DNA from: the human T2T-CHM13v2.0 reference genome, Homo sapiens
Length of the DNA stretch: 64,000 nucleotides
Strand: one strand, 5' to 3'
NCBI RefSeq assembly: GCF_009914755.1
Contig: NC_060931.1
Part shown: positions 29,812 to 45,600 of the stretch, one piece after another
How positions within the stretch are numbered: position 1 is the stretch's first letter
Layout of the letters: each line of letters opens with the position of its first letter
Position numbers and translations under genes: made by a program
Notes under the pieces: generated by a model
What the model was told of the DNA's origin: nothing
What the model saw: only the letters and a program-made list of their open reading frames with translations
The model's database searches: none

Positions 29812-30207
29812 TATTAAAAACCCGGGTTCTTGTCACATGATCCGGAAAATTTAGGCACACAGATACATTGAAGCATGAGTAGAGCAGGATTTTATTGGGC
29901 AAAAAGGAAAAAAAGAAAACTCAGCAAATCGAGATGGAGTCTTGCTCACAGATTGAATCCCAGGCCACCACAAAGGAACTGAAGAGATCGGGCTTCTCCC
30001 CTGCATAAGGTGCAAATTCCCCATGGCTCCACCCACTTCCCCTTAGTGTGCATGTGGGGCTCCAGTCCACGGTGGGCATGCCCAGACAAGCCTTGGGCAG
30101 GTTCCCTCATCTGTGCAAAAGCATCTGATGTAAACACTTGAGGGGTGGTTCGGAGATTCTCTGGGACCCTTTTATTTTCTTATCTGCCTAGGCATTTGGC
30201 TGTCTCA
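29812..30207 (-). mobile_element. ERV1-class solo LTR (MER61-like)
   Basis: ends ...ggctgtctca (TGAGACAGCC on the minus strand); minus-strand AATAAA at about 29891; family name from memory. Confidence 0.65.
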
Positions 30208-30339
30208 GTGGGTGGGAAAGGGTGCTCCAGGCAAAGGGCATAACATGAGGCAAAGGGCATGCACAGAAAACAGTGACTGGTTCAGTCAGGTTGGGGGATG
30301 CCAAAGGAAGTAATGGGAGACAAGATTGGAGCAAGATAG

Positions 30340-30522
<183 letters not shown>

Positions 30523-30569
30523 TAAAGCAATATAGTCGAAAACTCAGATAATCCAGGTAGATTTTGCTA

Positions 30570-31385
30570 TTAGGTGCTATTTGGTTCCTGGTACAGAGCT
30601 AAAACCCTTGGAATTTCCTAAGTGATAAGAGCTACAGGAGCATCTTTTGTTATATGTTTCCCCCCCTAGTTCCTGAAATAGCTCTAGAGAAATACAGGTG
30701 AATAACATCCTTTGTTATTCATATCAAGCCCCTATCAACCATACCCCAGTTTCTATTTATGAAGTGGCTTTTGGGAAGTCCCTAAAGACAGGAGTGGGGA
30801 AAGGCTGGTTGTCAGGGGGATGGGTTGAAACTTTCATCTTCCCCCCTTGACCTCCAGGGAGGGATGAGTGGCTGAAAATTGTGTAAAATCAACAATGGCC
30901 AGTGATTTAATCAACCATGCCTATGTAATGAAGCCACCCGATAAGCCTTAACTGGAACTTTTTGGAGAGCCTCCAGGCTGGTGAAGACATTGAGGTGCTC
31001 AGAAGGTGGTATTCCAGAGAGAGCACAGAATCTCTGTTCCCCTTCCCACATTCATTTTGCTATGCATCTCTCCCATCTGGCTGTTCTTGAGAGGTATCCG
31101 TTTATAATAAACTGGTAACCTAGTAAGTAAACTGTTACCCTGAGTTCTGTGAGCCATTCTAGCAAATTATCAAACCTAAAGAGTTCATGGATACGTGCAA
31201 TTTACAGATGCACAGTCAGAAGCACAGATGACAATCTGGGCTTGCCATTGGCATTTGAAGTGTGTTGGGAGGCAGTCTTACAGGAATGAGCCCTTATCCT
31301 GTGGGGTCTATGCTAATAACAGACAGTTGTCAGCATTGCTTGGTGTCGAAAACCCACATTGTTGGTGTCAGAAGTATTGTCAGTA
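30570..31385 (+). mobile_element. MER21-type LTR
   Basis: aaaacccttggaatttcctaagtgataagag; gatttaatcaaccatgcctatgtaatgaagcc; tataataaactggtaa; ctgagttctgtgagccattctagcaaatt. Confidence 0.8.
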
Positions 31386-31441
31386 GGATAGGGAAAACAG
31401 TTTGTTTTCTTTTTTTAGTGGTCTTTGGTCATCTTTAAGAG

Positions 31442-31610
31442 CAGGGCTTCTCAAAGTGTGGTCCTTGAACCAGCATCACCTGTACCACGTAAGAACTTAT
31501 GAGAAATGTTCATTCTTGGGCCCCAACAAAGAATTAAAAATTCTGAGGGTGTGAACGGGGTCTGAGTTTCAGCACAACTTCCCGACCATGCTGATGCATT
31601 CTTGCCCAAG
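31442..31610. mobile_element. MER5A-like MITE
   Basis: cagggcttctcaaagtgtggtcc...ccagcatcacctg. Confidence 0.65.
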
Positions 31611-31645
31611 CATGAAAGCCCTCCCTTGTTTAAGAAGGCCATTAG

Positions 31646-31966
31646 GGCCGGGTGTGGTGGCTCATGCTTGTAATCGAGCACTTTGAGAGGACATAGTGGG
31701 AGGATCACTTGAGCCCTGGAGTTCTAGACAAGCCTGGGCAACATGGCAAAATGCTGTCTCCACAAAAATCACAAAAATTAGGTGGGCGTGTGTTGTGTGC
31801 CTATAGGCCCAGCTACTTAGGAGACTGAGGCAGGAGGATCGCTTGAGCCCAGGAGATTAAGGCTGCAGCGAGCTGTGATGGCACCACTACAGCCTGGATG
31901 ACAGAGTGAGACACTGTCTCAAAAAAAAAAAAGAAAAAGAAAAAGAAAAAAGAAAGGAAAATGAAA
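31646..31966 (+). mobile_element. AluJ
   Basis: TSD aagaa(g/c)gccattag at 31632-31645 and 31967-31980; (AAAAAG)n tail. Confidence 0.95.
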
Positions 31967-34900
31967 AAGAACGCCATTAGGTATAAAGGAGCAATGGTAA
32001 AAGACCAGTTGCAAAAGGTTAGGGAATGGGTGGTTACTGAAATAAGAAGCTATGTAGAACACTAGTGTTGGTGGCAGGAAGTAGAAAGCAAGAGCACTGC
32101 TCTGTGGGGGATGGTCATAGCAAATGCAATATGGAGGCATTTGCCTCTGCACTGAGGAGAAAACTATCTTTTCCAAGATAGGAGGAAAGGAGATAAGTGG
32201 AATTAAAGAGAACCTTTGAGCACAGAGTTGGGAAACTGAAGGTATTTGTGTTGTGCTCCCTCAATCTTTTAATTCAACTATAAGCTAAACCCATGAAACT
32301 TGAGTAGTTTCAGTTATCTGACTTTTTTCTTCTCTTTTGATACAGTGTTGGCTATTCTGGGTCTTTTGCCTCTCTTTATGTACTTAAGAATCAGTTTGCC
32401 AATGTATGCAAAATAACTGGCTGGGATTTTGATTGTGATTGGCTTGAATCTATAGATGGAGTTGGGAAGGACTGACATCTTGACAATGTTGAAGCTTCCT
32501 ATTCATCATTATGAAATATTTCTCCATTTGTTTGATTCTTTGATTTCTTTTATCAGAATTTAGTTTTCCTCATATAGTCTTTTAAAATATTTTGTTATAT
32601 TTTGTTCAAGTATTTTGTTTTTGAGGAATGCCAATGTAAATGGTATTGTGATTTTAATTTCAAATTCCAATTTTTCATTGCTGTTATATAGGAAAATGAT
32701 TTTTTTTGCATGTTAGCCTTATATCTTTCAACTTTGCTATAATCAATTATTGATAGTTTCAAGGATTTTTTGGTCAATTATTTTGAATCTTCTACATAGA
32801 TTATCATCATCTGAACTTAGTTTTATTTCTTCCTTCCCAATCTGTATACCTTTATCTCCTTTTCTTATTTCATTAGCTAGGACTTCCAGTATGATGTTGA
32901 AAGTAGTGGTGAGAGGGGATATCTTGGTCTTGTTCTTGATCTTAGTGGGAAAACTTCAAGTTTCTTATCATTAAGTATGATTTTAGCTGGAGGGTTTTTG
33001 TAGAAGTTTTTTTTTTTTAAGTTGAAGAAGTCTCCTTCTATTTTTAGTTTGCTGATTTTTAAAAAGAATCAGGAATGGGTGTTAAATTTTGTGAAATGCT
33101 TTTCTGCAACTATTGATTTGAGCACTTTATTTTTCTTCTTTGGCTTGTTGATGTGAAGTACATTAATTGATTTTTGAATGCTGAATCAACCTTTTGTACC
33201 TGAGATTAATCCCGTTTGGTTGTGGTATATAATTATTTGTATACATGTTGAGTTCGATTTGCTAATACTTTTTGAGAATTTTTGCATTGGTGTTCATGAA
33301 AAAATATTGGTGTGTAGTTTTTTGTGACATCTTTATCTGCTTATGGTTTTAAGGTAATGCTGGCCTCATAGCATGAGTTAGGGAGTATTTCCTCTACTTT
33401 TACATTTGAGAAGAGATTGCAGAGAATTAGTAAAATTCCTACTTTAAATATTTTGTGGAATTCACCAGTGAACCCATCTGGACCTGGTGCTTTCTGTTTT
33501 GGAAGGTCATTAATTATTTTAAAATAGATATAGGCCTATTCAGATTACCTATTTTTTCTCATGCGAGTTTTAGCAGATTGTCTTTCAAGGAATTGGTCTA
33601 TTTCATTTAGGTTATCAAATATGTCAACGTAGAGTTATTCATAGTATTCTTTTATTATCCTTTTAATGTGCAAGGGATCTGTAGTGATGTCCCCTTTTTT
33701 GTTTTATTGATATTAGCAATTTGTGTCACATCTTTTATTTTGCTTTGTTAGCCAGGCTAGAGATATCTCTATTTTTGATGTTTTTGATGAACCAACTTTT
33801 TGTTTTATTGATTTTCTCTGTTGATTTCGTGATTTCAATTTCATGATTTTTAAATTATGCTTACATTTGATTTAATTTGATCTTCTTTTGCTAGTTATCC
33901 AAGGTGGAAGCTTATATTGTTAAGATCCTTTTGCATTCTTATGCATTCAATGATGTAAATTTCCCTCTAAGCACTGCTTTTTCTGCATCTCACAAATATT
34001 CATGAGTTGTATTTTCATGTTCATTTAGTTTGAAATATTTTTAAATTTCTCTTGATATTTCTCTTTTGACCCATGTGTTACTTAGAAGTGTGTTGTTTAA
34101 TCACCATTTTTAAAAATTTTCTAGCTATCTTTCTGTTATTGATTTCTAGTTTAATTCCATTGTGGTCTGAGAGCATATATTGTATAATTTTAATTTTTAT
34201 AAAATTTGTTAAGGTGTGATTTATGGCCCAGAATGTGGTCTATCTTGGTGAATGTTCCATGTAAGCTTTGGAAGACTGTGTATTCTGCTATATTTGAATG
34301 AGGTAGTCTATAGACATCAATTATGTCCAGTTGATTGATGGTGCTGTTGAATTCAACTATGTCCTTACTGATTTTCCACCTGCTAGATCTGTCCATTCTT
34401 TGCAGAGGGACACTGAAGTCTCCAACTCTAGTAGTGAATATTCTATTTCTTGTTACAGTTTTATCAACTTCTGCTTCATGTCTTTTGATGCTTTGTTGCT
34501 AGAAACATACACATGAAGAATTGGTATGTCTTTTGGAGCATGACCCATTTATCCTCATATAATGCCCCTCATTATTTCCTCGCCCTGATGTCTGTTCTCT
34601 CTGAAAGAAATATAGCCTCTCCAGGTCTCTTTTGGTTGGTGTTAAAATGACTTAACTTTCTTTATCCCCCTTACTTTTAGTTTATATGTGGTTTTAAATT
34701 TAAAGTGGGTTTCTTGTAGACAGCAAATAGTTCAGAGTTGTTTTTCGATCCACTTTGACAATCTTTGTCTTTTAATTGGTATATTTGGACTATTGATATT
34801 TTAAGTGATTATTGATATAGTTAGATAAACATCTACTATATTTATTACTGTTTTCTGTCTGTTACACTACTTGTTCTTTGTTTATATTTTTATTGTCTAC

Positions 34901-35652
34901 TCTTTTTCTTTCCATTGTGGTTTTAATCGAGCATTTTATATGTTTCCATTTTCTTTTCTTAGCATAGTAATTCTTCTTTAAAAAAACATTTTTTAGTGGT
35001 TGCCCCTAGAGTTTGCAATATACATTTACAACTAATCTAAGTCCATTTTCAAATAATACTAAATAATTTCATGTGTAGTGCAAGTACCTTTTAATAATAA
35101 AACACTCCCAGTTCCACCTTCCAGTCTCTTGTATTATAGCTATAATTTAGTTCACTTACATATATGGGTATACCTAAGTATATACATTATCATATTTATG
35201 ATTGAATATATTGATGAAATTATTTTGAAAAAACTGTTATCGTTAAATCAATTAAGAGTAAGAAAAATAGTTCTAATTTTATTATAAAATGAAATACCTT
35301 CATTTATTCATTCTCTAATACACTTTCTTTCTTTATGTAGATCCAAGTTTCTGACCTGTATAATTTTCCTTTTCTCTCTTCAGCTTCTTTGAACATTTCT
35401 TACCAGCCAGACCTACTGACAACAATTTTCCCCAATTTTTGTTTGTCTGATAGAGACTTTATTTCTTCTTGACTTTTGAAGAATAATTCCACAGGGCACA
35501 GAACTCTAGATTGGTGATTTCTTCCCCTCAAACCCTTAAATATTTCATTCCACTGCCTTCTTGCTTGCATTGTTTCTGAGAAGTTAGATATAATTCTTAT
35601 CTTTGCCTTTCTATAGGTAAGATGTTTTTTCCTCTGGCTTCTATCAAGATTT

Positions 35653-35724
35653 TTTCTTTATGAACATGATATGCCTTTCTTTTTGAACATGATATGCCTT
35701 TCTTTTTGAACATGATATGCCTTT
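35653..35724 (+). repeat. 23-bp minisatellite (tgaacatgatatgcctttctttt), about 3 copies
   Basis: units at 35661, 35684, 35707. Confidence 0.95.
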
Positions 35725-36181
35725 GTGTCGGATTTTTTTTGGCATTATTCTGCTTGGTTTTCTCTGAGTTTCTTGGATATGTGGTATGGTATCTGACACT
35801 AATTTGGAAAAATTCTCAGTCATTATTGCTTCAAATATTTCTTCTGTTCTTTTTTTTCCTTTATTCTCCTTCTGGTATTCCCATTACATGTATGTTACAG
35901 TTTTTGTAGTCATCCCGCTGTTTTGGATATTCTGTTTTTTTCAGTTTTTTTTTCCTTCGCATTTCAGTGTTGGAAGTTTCTATTGACATATTCTCAACCT
36001 CAGAGATTCTTTCTTCAGCTGTGTTCAGTCTACCAATGAGTCCATCAAAGGCATTTTACATTTTTATTACAGAATTTTTGACCTATAGAATTTCTTTTGA
36101 TTCCATCTTTGAATCTCCATTTCTCTTCTGCTTTTCATCTGTTCTTGCATGTTGCCTACTTTTTCCATGAAAACCTTTAGC

Positions 36182-36489
<308 letters not shown>

Positions 36490-36938
36490 TAATCATAGTT
36501 GTTTTAAATTCCTGATCTGTTAATTCCAACATCCCTGTCATATCTGACTGTGGTTCTGATGCTTGCTCTGTGTTTTCAAATGGTGTTTTTTTTTTTTTGC
36601 CTTTTAGTAAGCCTTGTAATTTTTTATTGAAAGGTGGACATGATGTGCTGGGTAAAAGGAACTGTAGTAAATAGGCCTTTAGTAATGTACTGGTAGGTGT
36701 AGCAGAGGGTGAGGGAAGTATTCTGTAGTCCTATGATTAGGTTTTAGTCTTTTAGTGAGCCTGTGCGCCTGCAGCTTGGAAGCACTTGTGAAGTGTTTTT
36801 TCACCCCTTTTGGTGGGACATAGTGACTAGTGTGAGCGGGAGTTGAGTATTTCCCTTCCCCTAGGTCAGTTAGGCTCTGAAAAAACCCTGATAGGTTAGG
36901 CATGGTAAAATAGTCTCTTTTGAGGGCAGGCATTGTTA

Positions 36939-37248
<310 letters not shown>

Positions 37249-37818
37249 AGAATGCTCTGGCATATTTGAAAATGGTTACTTTTCCCTTTTTTTCTCTGAT
37301 CTTCACTGTGAGAACCTGGTAAGCATCCTATAGGCAAAATTCATAAAAGTATAGAAGTCGGCCAGTGACTTGGACCCACTTGGAATTTTCTTGCTCTCAC
37401 ATCATGCACACTGAATCTCCAGCAATTTTTCACTTACAGTTTAGGTTTTCCTACCCTACTACTGGTTCTCTCAGAGGTTTCTGCTTATTGGTTTCTGTTT
37501 TGTAAGTTGTGATTCTCTGTACCTAACTGCCTGTCTCCCATTTTGGGGGGCAGTGGTTTGCCCTGTGACCTCACTTCTCTGACAGATCTAAGAAAAGTTG
37601 TTTATTTTTCAGTGTGCTCTGCTTTTTACTTGTTACGATGAAGCCAACCACTTTCAGAATTTCTACAAACCAGATCAGAATCTGGAAGTCCTGTTTTTTT
37701 ATTTTTTTTATCCCTTTGTTTAGCATGTTACCTATCTTAACACATTTTAAATAAGTGAATGCATAGCTTATATCTACTTCTAGGTTATATGCTTCCTTAG
37801 AATAGGAATTGATTCTTA

Positions 37819-38160
<342 letters not shown>

Positions 38161-39238
38161 ATTTTATTCTGAGCAGTCTCTGAAGAATATAAATTCTACT
38201 GCCTTGCCTTTAGAACTTATAACAGCATCTCGCAAACTATCACAAGATGCTCCAAACATACTTCTTATGTGCTGAATTAAGAAGTCAACTCAAATTTAGT
38301 ATACTAGTAATATTTTTGGATATCCCAAAACACTGCCAGCTCAGCTTTAGGCTGCCCTTCTTGGGGGGGAAAAAAGCAGTTGAAATTTAGGACTTAAGTG
38401 GGCATCTCGTTTAATTTTTAATGGATTTCTATGTTGTTGGTTATGGTGAAGAGGTGAAAAGAATAAATATTCTGTGCAGAAAAATTATTCAGTCTTCATG
38501 TGAAAACACTTTGTCCATAGCAATTACTTTATGAAAAAGATGTGGTATTACTTTCTTTGCTCTTAACTGAGACCTTTAATTTAAAGAACCTATACTTTAC
38601 AAGTTTTTATTTTCAATGCATGAAAAATGTAGCAGCTATTTCACAACCTTTACTTTTAAAATCCATTTTTCTTTTTAATCTCAAATAGTTTTTTCTTAAA
38701 ACCTTTTGACTTTTTATCTAAATTGTAATAGCCAGAGCACCTTCCCACAACTAGAATATCTCATCCTTTTTGTCTTTTCTTTTTCCTCTCAAAATGCCTA
38801 CTGGGAACTTAATTTGGAGTCAGATTCTTCATGATAAATCTGGACTTAATCAAAATTCCTCATATGGTATATTGTATATATCACAGTACTGGATAGTCCT
38901 CTGATTAAATAGATATTTGATAGTACTTTAAGGTCTATACTTTTGGATGAACTTAACTGCTTTCTCCATTTGTAGTCTCTTGAAAATACAGAAATTTCAG
39001 AAATAATTTATAAGAATATCAAGGATTCAAATCATATCAGCACAAACACCTAAATACTTGTTTGCTTTGTTAAACACATATCCCATTTTCTATCTTGATA
39101 AACATTGGTGTAAAGTAGTTGAATCATTCAGTGGGTATAAGCAGCATATTCTCAATACTATGTTTCATTAATAATTAATAGAGATATATGAACACATAAA
39201 AGATTCAATTATAATCACCTTGTGGATCTAAATTTCAG

Positions 39239-39322
39239 TTGACTTGTCATCTTGATTTCTGGAGACCACAAGGTAATGAAAAATAATTACAAGAGTCTTC
39301 CATCTGTTGCAGTATTAAAATG
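39239..39322 (+). other. Latent 84-nt cryptic exon of 3849+10kbC>T (c.3718-2477C>T); wild-type C at 39324
   Basis: tttcag|TTGACT...AAATG|gcgagt; 41801-2477=39324; in-frame TAA at 39284-39286. Confidence 0.95.
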
Positions 39323-41800
39323 GCGAGTAAGACACCCTGAAAGGAAATGTTCTATTCATGGTACAATGCAATTACAGCTAGCACCAAATTCAACACTGTT
39401 TAACTTTCAACATATTATTTTGATTTATCTTGATCCAACATTCTCAGGGAGGAGGTGCATTGAAGTTATTAGAAAACACTGACTTAGATTTAGGGTATGT
39501 CTTAAAAGCTTATTTGCGGGAAGTACTCTAGCCTTATTCAACAGATCACTGAGAAGCCTGGAAAAACAAATCCCGGAAACTAATTATTATGTGCCAGTTA
39601 TATAAACAAGAAGACTTTGTTGGGTACAAACCAGTGATTCCTTGCCTTTGAAAAATGTGTCAGATATCATGCATTACCAGCAGTTCAATGATATAAGGAA
39701 ACCAGAGTAATAGCTAAAACCTTTAAAGCTAAACCAAAGATTTACAAATTGCCTCTTCATCCAGTCTTTCCCAACCTAAAAACTGAGTTCTCTAAAAATT
39801 TTAGTATTTTTTTCTGAAGAAAAGGGAACATGGACATTTATCTAATCCTCATTAGAAATCTGACTAATGATAACAAGGATTTAGACCTCAAGCACTTCTT
39901 ACCAAAATTCTTGATATGACCTTATAGCAAATTACTTTCACCTGTTGAACTTTCCTTTCTTTTATTCCCCTGTACCTCACCTGCACTGGGCATATTCAAG
40001 TTGCTTATACAACACTTTACTATTGTGTTAGAAAAATCATGACACATGATGAATGTGTTTGTGCAACATGAGCTGATTCATAAATGAAAATGTGCATTGA
40101 AATTCCACAATATTTTAAAATTAGGAGTTTATCTAGCAATTGAACAAAATTGATTAAATCCATTATTTGTTAGATCAGCTAAATTACATAAGTTCATTCA
40201 TCTGCTCATAAATCCATCCATTCTTCCATCTGGCTATCCCTTAGTCAATTCAAATAAATATTTATGGGGCACTTTGGGTAAGCCAGGTGCTAAGAATTCA
40301 ATGCAAAACAAGATAGACTCCCCTGTCCTTGTTGAACTTATATTTTTGGTACAAACAAAAGCAATAATCAAGAAAAAATAAAAAAAGTACTGATTGTGAT
40401 TAATAATATGAAGAAATTCAACAGAGTATTGTACTTAACATTTGATTGATCTGATTTTCTCAGTTGTCTGAGAACAAACATTTGTGAAAATCTCATTGTA
40501 GAGTTCTTACGATGGATAGGGGGTCAACTGTGTCATTATTGCTTATCAGCTTATCCCAAAGACCTAGTTTATTACCAGATTGCAAATAGTGTTCAATAAA
40601 TTATTCTTATTAAGGGTTGTTATGTACTCTAAAACATTTATTGTGGTCCCTTCACTGGTTCTGGTTTACAAACTTACTTTTCTATGATGACATAGTATAG
40701 AAATTGAGAGTGAATATTTAGAAGTTCATTTTTATTATATATTTTTGAAGTATTGATATGTAGTGAATTAGAAATTTAAAAAGAAAACAAAACTGTCCTT
40801 CACTACAGATTGAAAAGCATTATACTAAAAGACCATTTGCTCAGTTATAGTATATAAAGGCCAAATGACTTAAAAACAAATTATGTAAGGAGAAGGAAAC
40901 AACCATTTATTCAGTGCCACTAACTGTCAGCCAGTTTTTTCAGTGGTCAGTTAATGACTGCAGTAGTGTTCTACCTTGCTCAAAGCACCCTCCTCAAGTT
41001 CTGGCATCTAAGCTGACATCAGAACACAGAGTTGGGGCTCTCTGTGGGTCACCTCTAGCACTTGATCTCCTCATGCAGTGCATGGTGCTCTCACGTCTAT
41101 GCTATGTTCTTATGGTCTTTAGGTAACAAGAATAATTTTCTTTCTTTTCCTTACTATACATTTTGCTTTCTGAAATTCCCTTCTCGCCAATCCAGGTGAA
41201 TGTCAGAATGTGATTTGACAACTGTCCAAAGTACTCATTCACTGAGGAGTGGTAAGGCCTTCGCCCAACCTGCCTTCTCTGGGAATATACTGCTGCCTGA
41301 ACATATCATTGTTTATTGCCAGGCTTGAACTTCACCAAATTAATTTATTAGGGTCAACATCTAAATATTAGAACTATTTCAGATTAATTTTTAAGTCGTA
41401 TCCACTTTGGGTACTAGATCAAATTGCAGGTCTCTGCTTCTGGCTTGAGCCTATGTTTAGAGATGATGTGCATGAAGACACTCTTTGCTTTTCCTTTATG
41501 CAAAATGGGCATTTTCAATCTTTTTGTCATTAGTAAAGGTCAGTGATAAAGGAAGTCTGCATCAGGGGTCCAATTCCTTATGGCCAGTTTCTCTATTCTG
41601 TTCCAAGGTTGTTTGTCTCCATATATCAACATTGGTCAGGATTGAAAGTGTGCAACAAGGTTTGAATGAATAAGTGAAAATCTTCCACTGGTGACAGGAT
41701 AAAATATTCCAATGGTTTTTATTGAAGTACAATACTGAATTATGTTTATGGCATGGTACCTATATGTCACAGAAGTGATCCCATCACTTTTACCTTATAG

Positions 41801-41971
<171 letters not shown>

Positions 41972-44900
41972 TAGCCAGAAAAAAGGCAACTAAATTATAT
42001 TTTTTACTGCTATTTGATACTTGTACTCAAGAAATTCATATTACTCTGCAAAATATATTTGTTATGCATTGCTGTCTTTTTTCTCCAGTGCAGTTTTCTC
42101 ATAGGCAGAAAAGATGTCTCTAAAAGTTTGGAATTCTCAAATTCTGGTTATTGAAATGTTCATAGCTTTGATAGTGTTTTTCAGAAGACCAAATTTACAG
42201 TGGGAGCCTTGGGCTTTTGTTTTTTAACAGCTCTTTTTTGTTCCTGCTTCAGTGGCCTGACCTCCAAGTTAGCAATCGCCAGGTTGAGAAATGCTTTGCG
42301 AGACATAACAGATGCTCCTGAAATAACAAACACTTGGAATCATGAGGTAGTGGAATTGAAAATAGAAAGTGTAGTGATTGTTTTTTGTTATTTGGATGGG
42401 ATGAACAATGTCAGATTAGTCTGTAACTATTTTTTTTTAATGTCACTCTGATTTGGTCACAAAGGATCTCTAGTCTCATTGCCTTAGTATCATTCTACGA
42501 ATTAGAATGTGTTACTGTGTAAGAGCACTTCTTGTATATGAGAGAAATAGCAACAGTTCCAGTTTAAAGTGATATAAATGGAAACCAAGAAATGTCTTTA
42601 CTGGGACCAAATCTGGACAGCATTTACTGTATTTTTGCTGGTATTTTCTCTAGTCTTTCCGGGTATATTCACATTTAATGATCACTTTTCTCCCTTTGTG
42701 CTAATGGACACTGAATCCATTCCACTACCATAGTTCTTGCTAATACTACTCTACTTTTTACACAAAATTAAAATGCCAGGAGCACCTCCAGGTAGACTGA
42801 CTATAAATCTAGACTGAAAAAAAAGCTTGTATTTCTTAACAGATTACCTTGTGGAACATTTGCTCCTTTCAACTAATGAGGCACTAAATATTGTAACTGC
42901 TCAACTGGTGCTTTTAATTTATTTGTCTAGACTTTGTCATGTTGCCAGAAGCTTTATCCTGGTTGGAGTTTTGAAAACAGTATTGTTTCTTCAGAAAGAA
43001 AAAAGGGATTGTCAGATGATCTAAAAATAAAGAAACACTGGAAATACAAGTATCCCAAGGTGATAGCATTAGGCAAGATAAAAATGTTGAAAAGCGAAAA
43101 AGAACTGGTTGATAGAGAAGTGTTGTTATTCAGTAGAACCTAAGTCTTGTGGTCCCATTTTTAATGAAAAATGGTGAATTTTTTGGTTTTTATTGTTCTT
43201 GTTCACACAAATCTGCCCATTAGAATAAGCCAAGCCCTAAAAATTAATTTCAGTTTCACTGGGAATCCTTTAGTTTATCTACTATGTAGTAGAGAGGTTT
43301 TGTTTTATTGCATGTTTGACGTAGGAACGTATATATGCAAGACATGGAGGAAAACCAAGTGGGCCAGAGTTTTGAAAATTCTTTATCTTTTCTTTCTGCC
43401 AAAGTGAGTCTCCCAAGTTTGTCTTTTTTTTTTCATTTCCACTCTTCTATGGTTTCTAGCATTATATAAACCAAACAAAAAAAATACGTTCAGAGATTCC
43501 TTCAGAAATGCTGGATGATCTTGATATCGATGCTTTTCATATATGTGTTTATGATGCTGGTTTCTGGGGCTGGCTCTCAGTATCACAAAGATGTCTGTAA
43601 ACAGAATATGCTATTTCTTCTTTGTGACAAATTTTGAACATTATGTGAATGTCCAAGAAAGAGCAAAAGAGGGCAAACTTCTCATACATTTTTGATGTCG
43701 AAACCAAGAGACGCTTTTATTTTCCTAACTTTTCTTTGAAAGTTCAAATTAAGTAATTTTATCCTGTCCTAAAGTTTAAAAAGAAAAAAAAAAGGAAGAA
43801 GGAATTAAAAATCCAAAGAAAATTATGTTTGTTTGCTTTTCTGTTTTTTTCTTCCTTCCAACTCCGAGACTTTGCAAGGGCATAGTTCTGAAGATCTCTG
43901 ACACTGAGACATTAGAGATCTCTGTATCAATGGATCATTTGTTTTCAGACATATGAAACAGGAACTTTGAACAAGAAATTTCCCCTCTTTTTCTCATAGT
44001 GATCCTGAGACATCAGCTGTGGAATCACAACACGTCATTAGTTTTGGCAGGTCCTTGCAGGTGTTTTGTTTTGTTTTATTAATGTTCTTCCCTCCTGTAG
44101 CTAGACAGCAATCTTGGAGAATCTGCCAGCTTGGAAGACTATTGTGTAAATTTCAAGGTGGAGCCTCCTTTAATTTGTTCTGTGTTACCTGTGAGCTGTG
44201 AGGTCATGAAGAGGAGACAATGAGGCTAATCATGAGAGCCCCATTGGTTTAGGCAATTAGAACAACAAGATCTAAAATGGTTTATTAGCCTTGAATTGTG
44301 TTAAGCACATAATTCATAAAAAACAGAAAAAATATTTTTAAATGTATGTCTAAATCTTCAGTTACAAGTTTGAAAGGTGACAAACTATTCTGAGGAAATG
44401 ATTAGGCCTATTCTTGCAACGAGTCTTTATGATCTGAAAAGAATCTATGTCCACACATAACTCCCACCTCAAAGATGGGGCATCTTTTGCTCTGGGAGAT
44501 ATCAAATGCGACCAAAACAAGTGTTTGTAGATTTGAATGATGATTCAGCAGTGTAGCAGTTCTCACTCATTTTATAATAATTAACAACTTAATAATTAAT
44601 TATTAAACTCCTACATGCTTAACATTATAAGTATGATAACTTCTGTGGTTACATAAAAGATATACATAGCACTTGTCCTTGATCTGTCACAGTGAGGTCC
44701 CAATCCAACCTATGAGCTTCAAATGAAAAGTTCAAAATTACACTCATTGTCATAAGTCAGAGATCAAAGGAAGAAAGGATTTAACCAAAATGATAAATTA
44801 AATATAGGTGATTAAATATAGTCATGGTTCAAGGCATGGGCCAGTTAGGGAGTGTGATGTGGGTAATTATGAAAGGCCAGCTCCCAAGCCCTGTTGTTGC

Positions 44901-45429
44901 TACTCCCCCACATCAGTCATCCTTCCTTTTTTTCTACTTCTACTGCAGTGCCTTCCTCATCTTTTCCCTTGCATCCCTCCATTATATGAGTCATACAAAT
45001 TAGACTTTTCAAAGCAACATTAACATTGTGTGAATTTGGGGTTTTTGACTAATCCCAACATTCCACCCCCACATTCCAGTCCCACATGGGATTTGGAGCC
45101 TTGTTTATAAACCTGGCACTTCTAATATATCTTATCTTAGAGTAATCCTTGTATTTGTTTAATTTCCACTTAGCATTGTAAATACTTGCAGGTATCCTAG
45201 TTAAGAAAGCAAGGTTTAAACACAAAATCATCACCAATTAAAGCAGGCTAGATAAAGAATGTAATAGAAATGCTAGATAAAACAGATTTTTTCTTACTAA
45301 GTTTTCTGTCCCTTATAGAGTGCATAACACAATAACTTGCTTGATAAGAATTCAATGTACATTGTTTTGTGCTGAATCACTAAATGCTTGATTTCTGTAA
45401 CAAGAGATTGTGGTTCCATCAGTATCTGG

Positions 45430-45600
45430 ATTTTAGTCTGTGTAATCTTAGGCAAGTTATTTGATTTCTCTGTGCCTCTGTTTTCTTGTCTGTAAAATGA
45501 GTATAATGGTAGTAACTAATTCATTGTGTTTTTGTGAGGATTAAATGAGTTAATAACTAGTACTCCTCCCTGGCACATAGTAAGTACAATATGCTGTGCT
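45430..45600 (+). mobile_element. MIR
   Basis: ttaggcaagttatttgatttctctgtgcctctgttttcttgtctgtaaaatgag...gtgaggattaaatgag. Confidence 0.8.

Noticed and set aside
35653-35724. CRISPR-like array (also considered 56745-56820)
   Set aside because: Head-to-tail repeats without unique spacers, in human DNA with no cas genes.
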